NCBI RefSeq assembly: GCF_006345805.1
Contig: NC_043001.1
Span: 15,004,001-15,068,000 of the forward strand
Reading direction: 5' to 3'
DNA: 64,000 bases
From: Octopus sinensis
Lineage: Eukaryota
Shown piece after piece: positions 1 to 13,006 of the stretch. The position numbers and the translations under genes were made by a program. The notes beneath the pieces were generated by a model, which saw nothing but the letters and a program-made list of their open reading frames with translations, had not been told where the DNA came from and searched no databases. Position 1 is the first letter of the stretch. Each line of letters opens with the position of its first letter.

Positions 1-1887
1 AATAGGAAAACGTTTTTTTATTACCACTTCTTACAGAAAAGAAAATATTTGTATAAATTTCCAGAACATATTGTTCATTATGAAGATCTCCTTTTTGTTA
101 TTCCTCTCATCATCATCATCATCATCACCATTTTAAGAGGCATTTCTTTAGAATACAAGTATATTTCATTGTGAGTATTTTATAATAAATGTCTCACCAA
201 TTCCTTTTTGGTAATTAATGAGGCCCTGTTCATAGAATTTTCCATATTGATACTTGCTCTCACAGTAGTTGTTGCTTATTGAGGGGTGATATTAACACCA
301 TATTGCTATCATATAAAAGATATATTTGAGTTGTATCACCATCATCAACATCATTTTGATGTCCATGAGTTGGACAGGATCTGATGATTCAGATGACTCC
401 ACCAGGCACCAGTGTCAGATTAGGCAGGGTTTCGACATGCCCTTCCTGATGCCAACCACTTTACAGAGTGTGCAAGGTGCTTTTTCTGGGGCACCAACAC
501 TAGTGGTGATTGTCTTTTCTAATTTGTAAAAGTCAAAGACCCAAAGTCGTCCCAATAACTAAGGGAGAACAAAAGTGGGTGATGGGACGAGGGGGAGATG
601 AGTGAAAAATGGAAGGGGAATATGGTAGGGAACAGAAGAAGGGATTAGTGATGGGTTATTGAGAAAAGGAGGAGGTATATATGAAAGGTGATAGTGTGGC
701 TTGAGTAAAGGTAGAGTCTAAGGTTACCCAGTGTTACAATGGATGAGTATCATGTTCTGCAAATGTTCTTTAGAAATACAACAGAAATGGTGCCGTTTGT
801 TGGCAACTTTCTATGAAAACCTGTCCAGATTAGGGAAAATATTTCACGACTTTGAAACAGGTGAGGATAGGCAACAAGAAAAGAATCCAGCAAAGAAAAT
901 TCTGCTTCAGTGAATTTGACCTGATTCATGCAAGCTTGAGTGGAGGCACTTGGCTTAGTGGTTAGGGTGTTGGACTCCTGATCCTAAGATTGTGGTTTCA
1001 GTTCTTGGACCAGGCGACGTGTTGTGTTCTTGAGAAAAACTCTTCATTTCACATTGCTCCAGCCCACTCAGCTGGTACAGATGATTAATTTTGCGATGGA
1101 TTGGTGTCCCATCCAGGCACAAGCATAGCTGGCAGAAGCATTAGGCCTGCTCTGCCCAGGGCGGATCTTTTAAAGGGGGGGGCAGAACTTTTGGGTCTGC
1201 TGTAGGCATTGTATGTTTTTTGTGGGGTATGGGGGTGGCAAATGGAGGGGCCACCATGGGCAGTGCACACTCTAGCTACGTTAGTGCATCCAGGCGGGGA
1301 ATACATACACCACGAAACTGGTTCTTATGGGTCAGTATGACTCGAGAAGATAATTTTTCCTTTTTATTTTATGCAAGCTTGGAAAACTAGACATTAAATC
1401 AATGATGAACACTAATCAATCTTAATTTGTGCTTCAAATATTACGGATGCAATATCACTCATAACTAATTTTATAACAAACCAGAGCCAATGTAATATCA
1501 CACAAAGTTAATGAAAAGTCAGACACAGCCGATGCAAATCACACACAACTAATGTAATATCGACCCACCACCACCACCACGGCTTATCTGATATCAACCA
1601 CAGATAATACAATATCAACTCTGTCCACTACAAAATCATAAGCAGCCACAGACATACTAAATCAATTATTGAAAATAATAATAATAAAACTATGGCCATT
1701 CTATTATGGTTTCCAATATATGTGAATTATAAGAGATAGATGTGAATGTATTATAAGAGAATTTAGCCACACTGCTAGTATAGGTGTTACATAAGCCATT
1801 GTATTTATCTGTTGCTGACTGCTAATAGTGTTGACTATAAACATGGCAGCCATCTATGTGCTAGAGTTAATGTGAATGCACGTGAGT

Positions 1888-2145
1888 GAAGGTGCATGGC
1901 TTAGTGGTTAGAGCATTCGGCTCATGATCGTAAGGTCGTGAGTTCAATTCCCGGCGACGCGTTGTGTCCTTCAGCAAGACACTTTATTTCCTGTTGCTCC
2001 AGTTCACTCAGCTGGCAAAAACGCATAGTACCTGTATTTCAAAGGGCCGGCCTTGTCACACTCTGTGTCATGCTGAATCTCCCTGAGAACTACGTTAAGG
2101 GTACACGTGTCTGTGGAGTGCTCAGCCACTTGCAACGTTTTGTAT
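1888..2145 (+). mobile_element. tRNA-derived SINE, family C
   Basis: Head tggcttagtggttagagc...ctcatgatcgtaaggtcgtgagttcaattcc (tRNA-Met-like), then ttgtgtccttcagcaagacacttta...ctccagttcactcagctg. Other copies at ~942-1112, 41450-41692, 42075-42370 (-) and 48535-48960 (-). Confidence 0.8.
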
Positions 2146-2403
2146 TGAGACGTCAGATGTAAACAAGCAGTGAAGACAAATCAAAGACAAATGTGGGTAA
2201 TGAGTATATATATATTTCAGGGGTTTTTGTCCCTTCATCAGTACCCATCCAACCCATTCTCGCCTCCAAACACATTGCTTATATACCCACTGCATACAGC
2301 GGTGTAAAGTTATTGGATATACCAATTTACATATTAGGTGCATCAATGTAAACTAAGCATTTTGTCCCACATGCTAATGAGTCTGTCAGTTTACTTCCTG
2401 ATT

Positions 2404-2612
2404 ATAATAATAATCATTTCAAATTTTTACCACAAGGGCAGCTTGGGAGAAGTGGGGACGAGTCGATTACATCAACCCCAATGTTCAACTGGTACTTATT
2501 TTATTGGTCCCGAAAGAATGAAAGGCAAAGTTGACCTCGGAAGAATTTGAACTCAGATGAAATGCCGCTAAGCATTTTCCCTGTGCTAATGATTCTGCCA
2601 GCTCGCCACCTT
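2404..2612 (-). mobile_element. SINE family B, antisense
   Basis: ...gaaaggcaaagttgacctcggaagaatttgaactcag...ctgccagctcgccacctt. Confidence 0.8.
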
Positions 2613-3381
2613 GATAATAATAATAATAATAATAATAATATACAGTACAGTACTGCTTCTGTTTCACAGATTTTCACCTGTTGCTGGGGGTTTTGGAATG
2701 TAACACCTGCAATAGTTGAGGGATTACTGTAATTATAAATGATAATATTTTGTCTTGGTGTAAAAGATGGATTACAGCAAATATTCTGCTGAATATCATG
2801 GATTTGTTTGTGGACCTTTAATGCCAGTCAAGCATGTCCCTTAGTGACTGACAATATATGCATCTCTGATCACAAGCTGTAGTGGAAAGTATCAAACCAT
2901 GTGTTGAGAGGAATTCTTTGGAGTTTAAATAATTCACCATTGCAAATATGGGTGTTTTGTTCATCATCCTTAAACAATTCTTATTCAGGGCCTTTTGAGT
3001 GGGAACGGCTACTTGACCTGAAGGAAATTCTAGCTGGGCCCCACCAGCAAAATCATGTATTGTTTATCATATGTGCTCATAATGTTGCGTACATATGAGT
3101 GAGATGCATATGCCTAGTGTACCCTTATCAGATGGGTAATCATGATGGGTATATTGGGCTTTGTATATTTGTACCCGAGCTTCACTTTGTTGGTGTGTGC
3201 TGCTCTCTCACTTAATGATGATAATCACAATAGCAATGGTTTCTAATATAGACAACAAGGCCAGAAATACCCATCAATACACCCATCATGATTACCCATT
3301 TGATAAAAGAAGACAAGGCCAGAAATTGGAAGAGAGGGGTCAGTCAATGTCATTAACCCTAGAACTTGGCTGTTGCTTATC

Positions 3382-6300
3382 ATCTTTTTCGGTACTCCTC
3401 TTTGATCTATGTCGGCACCCTCTTTGATCTCTTTCGACAACCTCTTTGATCTCTTTCGACAACCTCTTTGATCTTTTCGGTACTCCTTTTTCATCTCTTT
3501 CGGCACCCTCTTTGATCTCTGTCGGAACCCTTTTTGATCTTTTTCGGTACTCCTCTTTGATCTCTGTCGGCACCCTCTTTGATCTCTGTCGGTACCCTCT
3601 TCGATCTTTTTCGGTACTCCTCTTTAGCCTATGTCGGCAACCTCTTTGATCTCTGTCGGCAACCTCTTTGATCTCTGTCGGCACCCTCTTTGATCTGTCG
3701 GCACCCTCTTTGACCTCTGTCGGCAACCTCTTTGACCTCTGTAGGCAACCTCTTTGACCTCTGTCGGCAACCTCTTTGACCTCTGTCGGCACCCTCTTTG
3801 ACCTCTGTCGGCACCCTCTTTGATCTCTGTCGGCACCCTCTTTGATCTCTGTCGGTACCCTCTGATCTTTTTCGGTACACCTCTTTAGCCTATGTCGGCA
3901 ACCACTTTGATCTCTGTCGGCAACCTCTTTGATCTCTGTCGGCACCTCTTTGATCTATGTCGGAACCCTCTTTGACCTCTGTCAGCAACCTCTTTGACCT
4001 CTGTCGGCAACCTCTTTGACCTCTGTCGGCACCCTCTTTGATCTCTGTCGGCACCCCTTTGATCTCTGTCAGCACCCTCTTTGATCTCTGTCGGCACCCT
4101 CTTTGATCTCTGTCGGCACCCTCTTTGATCTCTGTCGGCACCTCTTTGATCTCTGTCGGCACCTCTTTGATCTCTGTCGGCACCTCTTTGATCTGTGTCG
4201 GCACCCTCTTTGATCTGTGTCGGCACCCTCTTTCATCTCTTTCGGTAGTCCTCTTTGATCTCTGTCGGCACCCTCTTTGATCTCTGTCGGCACCCTCTTT
4301 GATCTTTTTCGGTACTCCTCTTTGATCTCTGTCGGCAACCTCTTTGATCTCTGTCGGCACCCTCTTTGATCTCTTTCGACAACCTCTTTGATCTCTTTCG
4401 ACAAACTCTTTGATCTCTGTCGGTACCCTATTTGATCTTTTCGGTACTCCTCTTTAGCCTATGTCGGCAACCTCTTTGACCTCTGTCGGCACCCTCTTTG
4501 ACCTCTGTCGGCACCCTCTTTGATCTCTGTCGGCACCCTCTTTGATCTCTGTCGGTACCCTCTTTGATCTTTTTCGGTACTCCTCTTTAGCCTATGTCGG
4601 CAACCACTTTGATCTCTGTCGGCAACCTCTTTGATCTATGTCGTCAACCTCTTTGATCTATGTCGGCAACCTCTTTGATCTCTGTCGGCACCCTCTTTGA
4701 TCTCTGTCGGCACCCTCTTTGATCTCTGTCGGCACCCTCTTTGATCTCTGTCGGCAACCACTTTGATCTCTGTCGGCACCCTCTTTGATCTCTTTCGACA
4801 ACCTCTTTGATCTCTTTCGGTACTCCTTTTTCATCTCTTTCGGCACCCCTCTTTGATCTCTGTCGGTACCCTCTTTGATCTATGTCGGCACCCTCTTTGA
4901 TCTCTTTCGACAACCTCTTTGATCTCTTTCGACAAACTCTTTGATCTCTGTCGGTACCCTATTTGATCTTTTCGGTACTCCTCTTTAGCCTATGTCGGCA
5001 ACCTCTTTGACATCTGTCGGCACCCTCTTTGACCTCTGTCGGCACCCTCTTTGATCTCTGTCGGCACCCTCTTTGATCTCTGTCGGTACCCTCTTTGATC
5101 TTTTTCGGTACTCCTCTTTAGCCTATGTCGGCAACCACTTTGATCTCTGTGGGCAACCTCTTTGATCTCTGTCGGCACCTCTTTGATCTCTTTCGGAACC
5201 CTCTTTGACCTCTGTCGGCACCTCTTTGATCTCTGTCGGCACCCTCATTGATCTATGTCGGCACCTCTTTGATCTCTGTCGGCACCCTCTTTGATCTCTG
5301 TCGGCACCCTCTTTCATCTCTTTCGGTAGTCCTCTTTGATCTCTGTCGGCACCCTCTTTGATCTCTGTCGGCACCCTCTTTGATCCCTTTCGGTACTCCT
5401 CTTTGATCTATGTCGGCACCCTCTTTGATCTCTTTCGACAACCTCTTTGATCTCTGTCGGTACCCTATTTGATCTTTTTCGGTACTCCTCTTTAGCCTAT
5501 GTCGGCAACCTCTTTGATCTCTGTCGGCAACCTCTTTGATCTCTGTCGGCAACCTCTTTGATCTCTGTCGGCAACCTCTTTGATCTATGTCGGCAAACTC
5601 TTTGATCTCTGTCGGCAACCTCTTGATCTCTGTCGGCACCTCTTTGATGTCTGTCGGCAACCTCTTTGATCTCTGTCGGCACCCTCTTTGATCTCTGTCG
5701 GCACCCTCTTTGATCTCTGTCGGCACCCTCTTTGATCTCTGTCGGCACCCTCTTTGATCTCTGTCGGCACCCTCTTTGATCTCTGTCGGCACCCTCTTTC
5801 ATCTCTTTCGGTAGTCCTCTTTGATCTCTGTCGGCACCTCTTTGATCTCTGTCGGCACCCTCTTTGATCTCTGTCGGCACCCTCTTTGATCCTTTCGGTA
5901 CTCCTCTTTGATCTATGTCGGCACCCTCTTTGATCTCTTTCGACAACCTCTTTGATCTCTGTCGGTACCCTATTTGATCTTTTTCGGTACTCCTCTTTAG
6001 CCTATGTCGGCAACCTCTTTGATCTCTGTCGGCAACCTCTTTGATCTCTGTCGGCAACCTCTTTGATCTCTGTCGGCAACCTCTTTGATCTATGTCGGCA
6101 AACTCTTTGATCTCTGTCGGCAACCTCTTTGATCTCTGTCGGCACCTCTTTGATGTCTGTCGGCAACCTCTTTGATCTCTGTCGGCACCCTCTTTGATCT
6201 CTGTCGGCACCCTCTTTGATCTCTGTCGGCACCCTCTTTGATCTCTGTCGGCACCCTCTTTGATCTCTGTCGGCACCCTCTTTGATCTCTGTCGGCACCC

Positions 6301-9300
6301 TCTTTCATCTCTTTCGGTAGTCCTCTTTGATCTCTGTCGGCACCCTCTTTGATCTCTGTCGGCACCCTCTTTGATCTCTGTCGGCACCCTCTTTGATCCC
6401 TTTCGGTACTCCTCTTTGATCTCTGTCGACACCCTCTTTGACCTCTGTCGGCAACATCTTTGACCTCTGTCGGCAACCTCTTTGATCTCTGTCGGCACGC
6501 TCTTTGATCTCTGTCGGCACCCTCTTTGATCTCTGTCAGTACCCTCTTTGATCTTTTTCGGTACTCCTCTTTAGCGTATATCGGCAACCTCTTTGATCTC
6601 TGTCGGCAACCTCTTTGACCTCTGTCGGCACCCTCTTTGATTTCTGTCGGCACCCTCTTTGATCTCTGTCGGCACCCTCTTTGATCTCTGTCGGCACCCT
6701 CTTTGATCTCTGTCGGCACCCTCTTTGATCTCTGTCGGCACCCTCTTTGATCTCTGTCGGTACCCTCTTTGATCTCTGTCGGTACCCTCTTTGATCTTTT
6801 TCGGTACTCCTCTTTGGCCTATGTCGGCAACCACTTTGATCTCTGTCGGCAACCACTTTGATCTCTGTCGGCACGACTTTGATCTCTGTCGGAACCCTCT
6901 TTGACCTCTGTCGGCACCTCTTTGATCTCTGTCGGCACCCTCATTGATCTCTGTCGGCACCCTCTTTGATCTCTGTCGGCACCCTCTTTGATCTCTGTCG
7001 GCACCCTCTTTCATCTCTTTCGGTAGTCCTCTTTGATCTCTGTCGGGACCCTCTTTGATCTCTGTCGGCACCCTCTTTGATCCCTTTCGGTACACCTCTT
7101 TGATCTCTGTCGGCAACCTCTTTGATCTCTGTCGGCACCCTCTTTGATCCCTTTCGGTACTCCTCTTTGATCTCTGTCGGCAACCTCTTTGATCTCTGTC
7201 GGCAAACTCTTTGATCTCTGTCGGCACCTCTTTGATCTCTGTCGGCAACATATTTGACCTCTGTCGGCAACCTCTTTGACCTCTGTCGGCACCCTCTTTG
7301 ATCTCTGTCGGTACCCTCTTTGATCATTTTCGGTACTCCTCTTTGATCTCTGTCGGTAACCTCTTTGATCTTTTTCGGTACTCCTCTTTGATCTCTGTCG
7401 GCAGCCTCTTTGATCTCTGTCGGCACCCTCTTTGATCTCTGCCGACACCCTCTTTGATCTTTTTCAGTACCGATAAACATCTCTTTCGGTACTCCTCTTT
7501 GATCACTGTCGGCACCCTCTTTGATCTCTGTCGGCACCCTCTTTGATCTCTGTCGGCACCCTCTTCGATCTCTGTCGGCACCCTCTTTGATCTCTGTCGG
7601 TACCCTCTTTGATCATTTTCGGTACTCCTCTTTGATTTCTGTCGGTACCCTCTTTGATCTTTTTCGGTACTCCTCTTTGATCTCTGTCGGCAACCTCTTT
7701 GATCTCTGTCGGCACCCTCTTTGATCTCTGTCGGCACCCTCTTTGATCTCTGTCGGCACCCTCTTTGATCTCTGTCGGCACCCTCTTTGATCTCTGTCGG
7801 CACCCTCTTTGATCTCTGTCGGTACCCTCTTTGATCATTTTCGGTACTCCTCTTTGATTTCTGTCGGTACCCTCTTTGATCTTTTTCGGTACTCCTCTTT
7901 GATCTCTGTCGGCAACCTCTTTGATCTCTGTCGGCACCCTCTTTGATCTCTGTCGGCACCCTCTTTGATCTCTGTCGGCACCCTCTTTGATCTCTGTCGG
8001 CACCCTCTTTGATCTCTTTCGACAACCTCTTTGATCTCTTTCGGTACTCCTTTTTCATCTCTTTCGGCACCCCTCTATGATCTCTGTCGGTACCCTCTTT
8101 CATCTATGTCGGCACCCTCTTTGATCTCTTTCGACAACCTCTTTGATCTCTGTCGGTACCCTATTTGATCTTTTTCGGTACTCCTCTTTAGCCTATGTCG
8201 GCAACCTCTTTGATCTCTGTGGGCAACCTCTTTGATCTCTGTCGGCAACCTCTTTGATCTCTGTCGGCAACCTCTTTGATCTCTGTCGGCACCTCTTTGA
8301 TCTCTGTCGGCAACCTCTTTGATCTCTGTCGGCACCCTCTTTGGTCTTTGTCGGCACCGTCTTTGATCTCTGTCGGCACCGTCTTTGATCTCTGTCGGCA
8401 CCCTCTTTCATCTCTTTCGGTAGTCATCTTTGATCTGTGTCGGCACCCTCTTTGATCTCTGTCGGCACCCTCTTTGATCTCTTTCGACAACCTCTTTGAT
8501 TTCTTTCGGTACTCCTTTTTCATCTTTCGGCACCCCTCTTTGATCTCTGTCGGTACCCTCTTTGATCTATGTCGGCTCCCCCTTTGATCTCTTTCGACAA
8601 CCTCTTTGATCTTTCGACAAACTCTTTGATCTCTGTCGGTACCCTATTTGATCTTTTCGGTACTCCTCTTTAGCCTATGTCGGCAACCTCTTTGACCTCT
8701 GTCGGCACCCTCTTTGATCTCCGTCGGCACCCTCTTTGATCTCTGTCGGCACCCTCTTTGATCTCTGTCGGTACCCTCTTTGATCTTTTTCGGTACTCCT
8801 CTTTAGCCTATGTCGGCAACCACTTTGATCTCTGTCGGCAACCTCTTTGATCTCTGTCGGCACCTCTTTGATCTCTGTCGGAACCCTCTTTGACCTCTGT
8901 CGGCACCTCTTTGATCTCTGTCGGCACCCTCATTGATCTCTGTCGGCACCTCTTTGATCACTGTCGGCACCATCTCTGATCTCTGTCGGCACCCTCTGAT
9001 CTCTGTCGGCACCCTTTTTGATCTCTATCGGCACCCTCTTTGATCCCTTTCGGTACTCCTCTTTGATCTCTGTCGACACCCTCTTTGATCTCTTTCGGCA
9101 ACATCTTTGACCTCTGTCGGCAACCTCTTTGACCTCTGTCGGCAACCTCTTTGATCTCTGTCGGCACCCTCTTTGATCTCTGTCGGTACCCTCTTTGATC
9201 ATTTTCGGTACTCCTCTTTGATCTCTGTCGGCACCCTCTTTGATCTTTTTCAGTACCGATAAATATCTCTTTCGGTACTCCTCTTTGATCACTGTCGGCA

Positions 9301-12300
9301 CCCTCTTTGATCTCTGTCGACACCCCCTTTGATCTCTGTCGGCACCCTCTTTGATCTCTGTCGGCACCCTCTTTGATCTCTGTCGGTACCCTCTTTGATC
9401 ATTTTCGGTACTCCTCTTTGATCTCTGTCGGCACCCTCTTTCATCTCTTTCGGTAGTCCTCTTTGATCTCTGTCGGGACCCTCTTTGATCTCTGTCGGGA
9501 CCCTCTTTGATCTCTGTCGGCACCCTCTTTGATCCCTTTCGGTACTCCTCTTTGATCTCTGTCGGCAACCTCTTTCATCTCTGTCGGCAACCTCTTTGAT
9601 CTCTGTCGGCACCTCTTTGATCTCTGTCGGCAACCTCTTTGATCTCTGTCGGCACCCTCTTTGATCTCTGTCGGCACCCTCTTTGATCTCTGTCGGCACC
9701 GTCTTTGATCTCTGTCGGCACCGTCTTTGATCTCTGTCGGCACCCTCTTTGATCTCTGTCGGCAACCTCTTTCATCTCTTTCGGTAGTCCTCTTTGATCT
9801 CTGTCGGCAACCTCTTTGATCTCTGTCGGCAACCTCTTTGATCTCTGTCGGCAACCTCTTTGATCTCTGTCGGCAACCTCTTTGATCTCTGTCGGCACCC
9901 TCTTTGATCTTTTTCAGTACCGATAAATATCTCTTTCGGTACTCCTCTTTGATCACTGTCGGCACCCTCTTTGATCTCTGTCGGCACCCTCTTTGATCTC
10001 TGTCGGCACCCTCTTTGACCTCTGTCGGCACCCTCTTTGACCTCTGTCGGCACCCTCTTTGATCTCTGTCGGCACCCTCTTTGATCTCTGTCGGTACCCT
10101 CTGATATTTTTCGGTACACCTCTTTAGCCTATGTCGGCAACCACTTTGATCTCTGTCGGCAACCTCTTTGATCTCTGTCGGCACCTCTTTGATCTATGTC
10201 GGAACCCTCTTTGACCTCTGTCAGCAACCTCTTTGACCTCTGTCGGCAACCTCTTTGACCTCTGTCGGCACCCTCTTTGATCTCTGTCGGCACCCTCTTT
10301 GATCTCTGTCGGCACCCTCTTTGATCTCTGTCGGCACTCTCTTTGATCTATGTCGGCACCCTCTGATATTTTTCGGTACTCCTCTTTGATCTCTGTCGGT
10401 ACCTTCTTTGATCTCTGTCGGCACCTTCTTTGATCTTTTTCGATACTCTTCTTTGGTCTCTGTCGGCAACCTCTTTGATCTCTGTCGGCCCCTCTTTGAT
10501 CTCTTTCGGCAGCCTCTTTGATCTCTGTCGGTACCCTCTTTGCTCTTTTTCGGTACTCCTCTTTGATCTCTCTCGGCAAAGAGGGTGCCGAAAGAGATGA
10601 ATGAGGAGTACCGAAAAAGATCAAAGGAGCCGACAGAGATCAAAGAGGGTGCCAAAAGAGATCAAAGATCTGTTGGCACCCTCTTTGATCTCTTTCGGTA
10701 CTCCTTTTTCATCTCTTTCGGCACCCCTCTTTGATCTCCTCGGCACCCCTCTTTGATCTCTGTCGGCACCTCTTTGATCTCTGTCGGCACCCTCTTTGAT
10801 CTCTTTCGACAACCTCTTTGATCTTTTTCGGTACTCCTTTTTCATCTCTTTCGGCACCCCTCTTTGATCTCTGTCGGTACCCTCTTTGATCTCTGTCGGC
10901 ACCCTCTTTGATCTATGTCGGCACCCTCTGATCTTTTTCGGTACTCCTCTTTGATCTCTGTCGGCACCTTCTTTGATCTTTTTCGATACTCTTCTTTGGT
11001 CTCTGTCGGCAACCTCTTTGATCTCTGTCGGCCCCTCTTTGATCTCTTTCGGCACCCTCTTTGATCTCTGTCGGTACCCTCTTTGATCTCTGTCGGCAAA
11101 GAGGGTGCCGAAAGAGATGAATGAGGAGTACCGAAAAAGATCAAAGAAGGAGCCGACAGAGATCAAAGAGGGTGCCAAAAGAGATCAAAGATCTGTTGGC
11201 ACCCTCTTTGATCTCTTTCGGTACTCCTTTTTCATCTCTTTCGGCACCCCTCTTTGATCTCTATCGGCACCCCTCTTTGATCTCTGTCGGCACCTCTTTG
11301 ATCTCTGTCGGCAACCTCTTTGATCTCTGTCGGCACCCTCTTTGATCTCTGTCGGCACCCTCTTTGATCTCTGTCGGCACCTTCTTTGATCTTTCTCGGC
11401 ACCCTCTTTGATCCCTGTTGCACCATCTTTGATCCATGTCGGCACCCTCAGATGAAAAAGGAGTACCGAAAGAGATCAAAGAGGTTGTCGAAAGAGATCA
11501 AAGAGGGTGCCAACAGAGATCAAAGAGGTTGCCGACAGAGATCAAAGTGGAGTACCGAAAAAGAGGTGCCGACAGAGATCAAAGCGGGTGCCGACAGAGA
11601 TCAAAGAGGGTGTCGAAAGAGATCTAAGAAGGTGCCAACAGAGATCAAAGAGGTTGCCGACAGAGACCAAAGAGGAGTACCGAAAAAGATCAAAGAGGGT
11701 GCCGACAGAGATCAAAGAGGAGTACCGAAAGGGATCAAAGAGGGTACCGACAGAGATCAAAGAGGACTACCGAAAGAGATCAAAGAGGGTGCCGACAGAG
11801 ATCAAAGACGGTGCCGACAGAGATCAAAGAGGAGTACCGAAAGGGATCAAAGAGGGTACTCCTCTTTGATCTTTTTCAGTACTCCTCTTTGGTCTCTGTC
11901 GGCAACCTCTTTGATCTCTGTCGGCAACCTCTTTGATCTCTGTCGGCACCCTCTTTGATCTCTTTCGACAACCTATGTCGGCACCCTCTTTGATCTTTTT
12001 CGGTACTCCTCTTTGGTCTCTGTCGGCAACCTCTTTGATCTCTGTAGGCCCTTCTTTGATCTCTGTCGGCACCCTCTTTGATCTCTGTCGGCCCCTCATT
12101 TATCTCTTTCGGCACCCTCTTTGATTTCTTTCGGCACTCTCTTTGATCTTTTTCGGTACTCCTTTTTGATCTCTGTCGGCACCTTCTTTGATCTTTTTCG
12201 GTACTCCTCTTTGATCTCTTTCGACACCCTCTTTTATCTCTGTCGGTACCCTCTTTGATCTTTTTCGGTAGTGCTCTTTGATCTCTGTCGGCACCCTCTT

Positions 12301-13006
12301 TGATCTCTCAGCACTCTCAATGATCTTTTTCGGTACTCCTCTTTGGTCTCCGTCGGCAACCTCTTTGATCTCCGTCGGCAACCTCTTTGATCTCCGTCGG
12401 CAACCTCTTTGATCTCCGTCGGCAACCTCTTTGATCTCTGTCGGCAACCTCTTTGATCTCTGTCGACACCCTCTTTGATCTCTGTCGGCCCCTCTTTGAT
12501 CTCTGTCGGCCCCTCTTTGATCTCTTTCGGCACCCTCTTTGATCTCTGTTGGCACCTTCTTTGATCTTTTTCGGTACTCCTCTCTGATCTCTTTCGACAC
12601 CCTCTTTGATCTATGTCGGTACCCTCTTTGATCTTTTTCGGTAGTCCTCTTTGATCTCTGTCGGCACCCTCTTTGATCTCTGTAGGCCCTTCTTTGATCT
12701 CTTTCGGCACCCTCTTTGATCTCTGATCGAAAGAGATCAAAGAGGGTGCCGACAGAGATCAAAGATGGTTCCGACAGAGATCAAAGATGGTTCCGACAGA
12801 GATCAAAGAGGGTACCGACAGAGATCATAGAGGGTGTCGAAAGAGATCAAAGAGGGTGCCGACAGAGATCAAAGATGGTGCCGACAGAGACCAAAGAGGA
12901 GTACCGAAAAAGATCTCTTTCGGTACTCCTCTTTCATCTCTGTCGGCACCATCTTTGATCTTTTTTGGTACTTATCTTTGGTCTATGTCGGCAACTTCTT
13001 TGATCT
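3382..13006. repeat. 9.6-kb satellite/minisatellite array, 22-bp unit CTCTTTGATCTCTGTCGGCACC (roughly 435 units, with 21- and 23-bp variants)
   Basis: Directly visible tandem units. The 22-nt period gives the 22-aa ORF repeat PTEIKEGADRDQRGCRQRSKRV that cycles through all three frames. Confidence 0.98.

Noticed and set aside
3126-3306. 32-bp inverted repeat next to the satellite as a dedicated terminal structure of the array
   Set aside because: It lies outside the split SINE and has no counterpart at the right end; it looks like fragments of a separate repeat.
3382-13006. Array as a CRISPR locus
   Set aside because: Units are contiguous with no unique spacers, there are no cas genes, and the context is eukaryotic.
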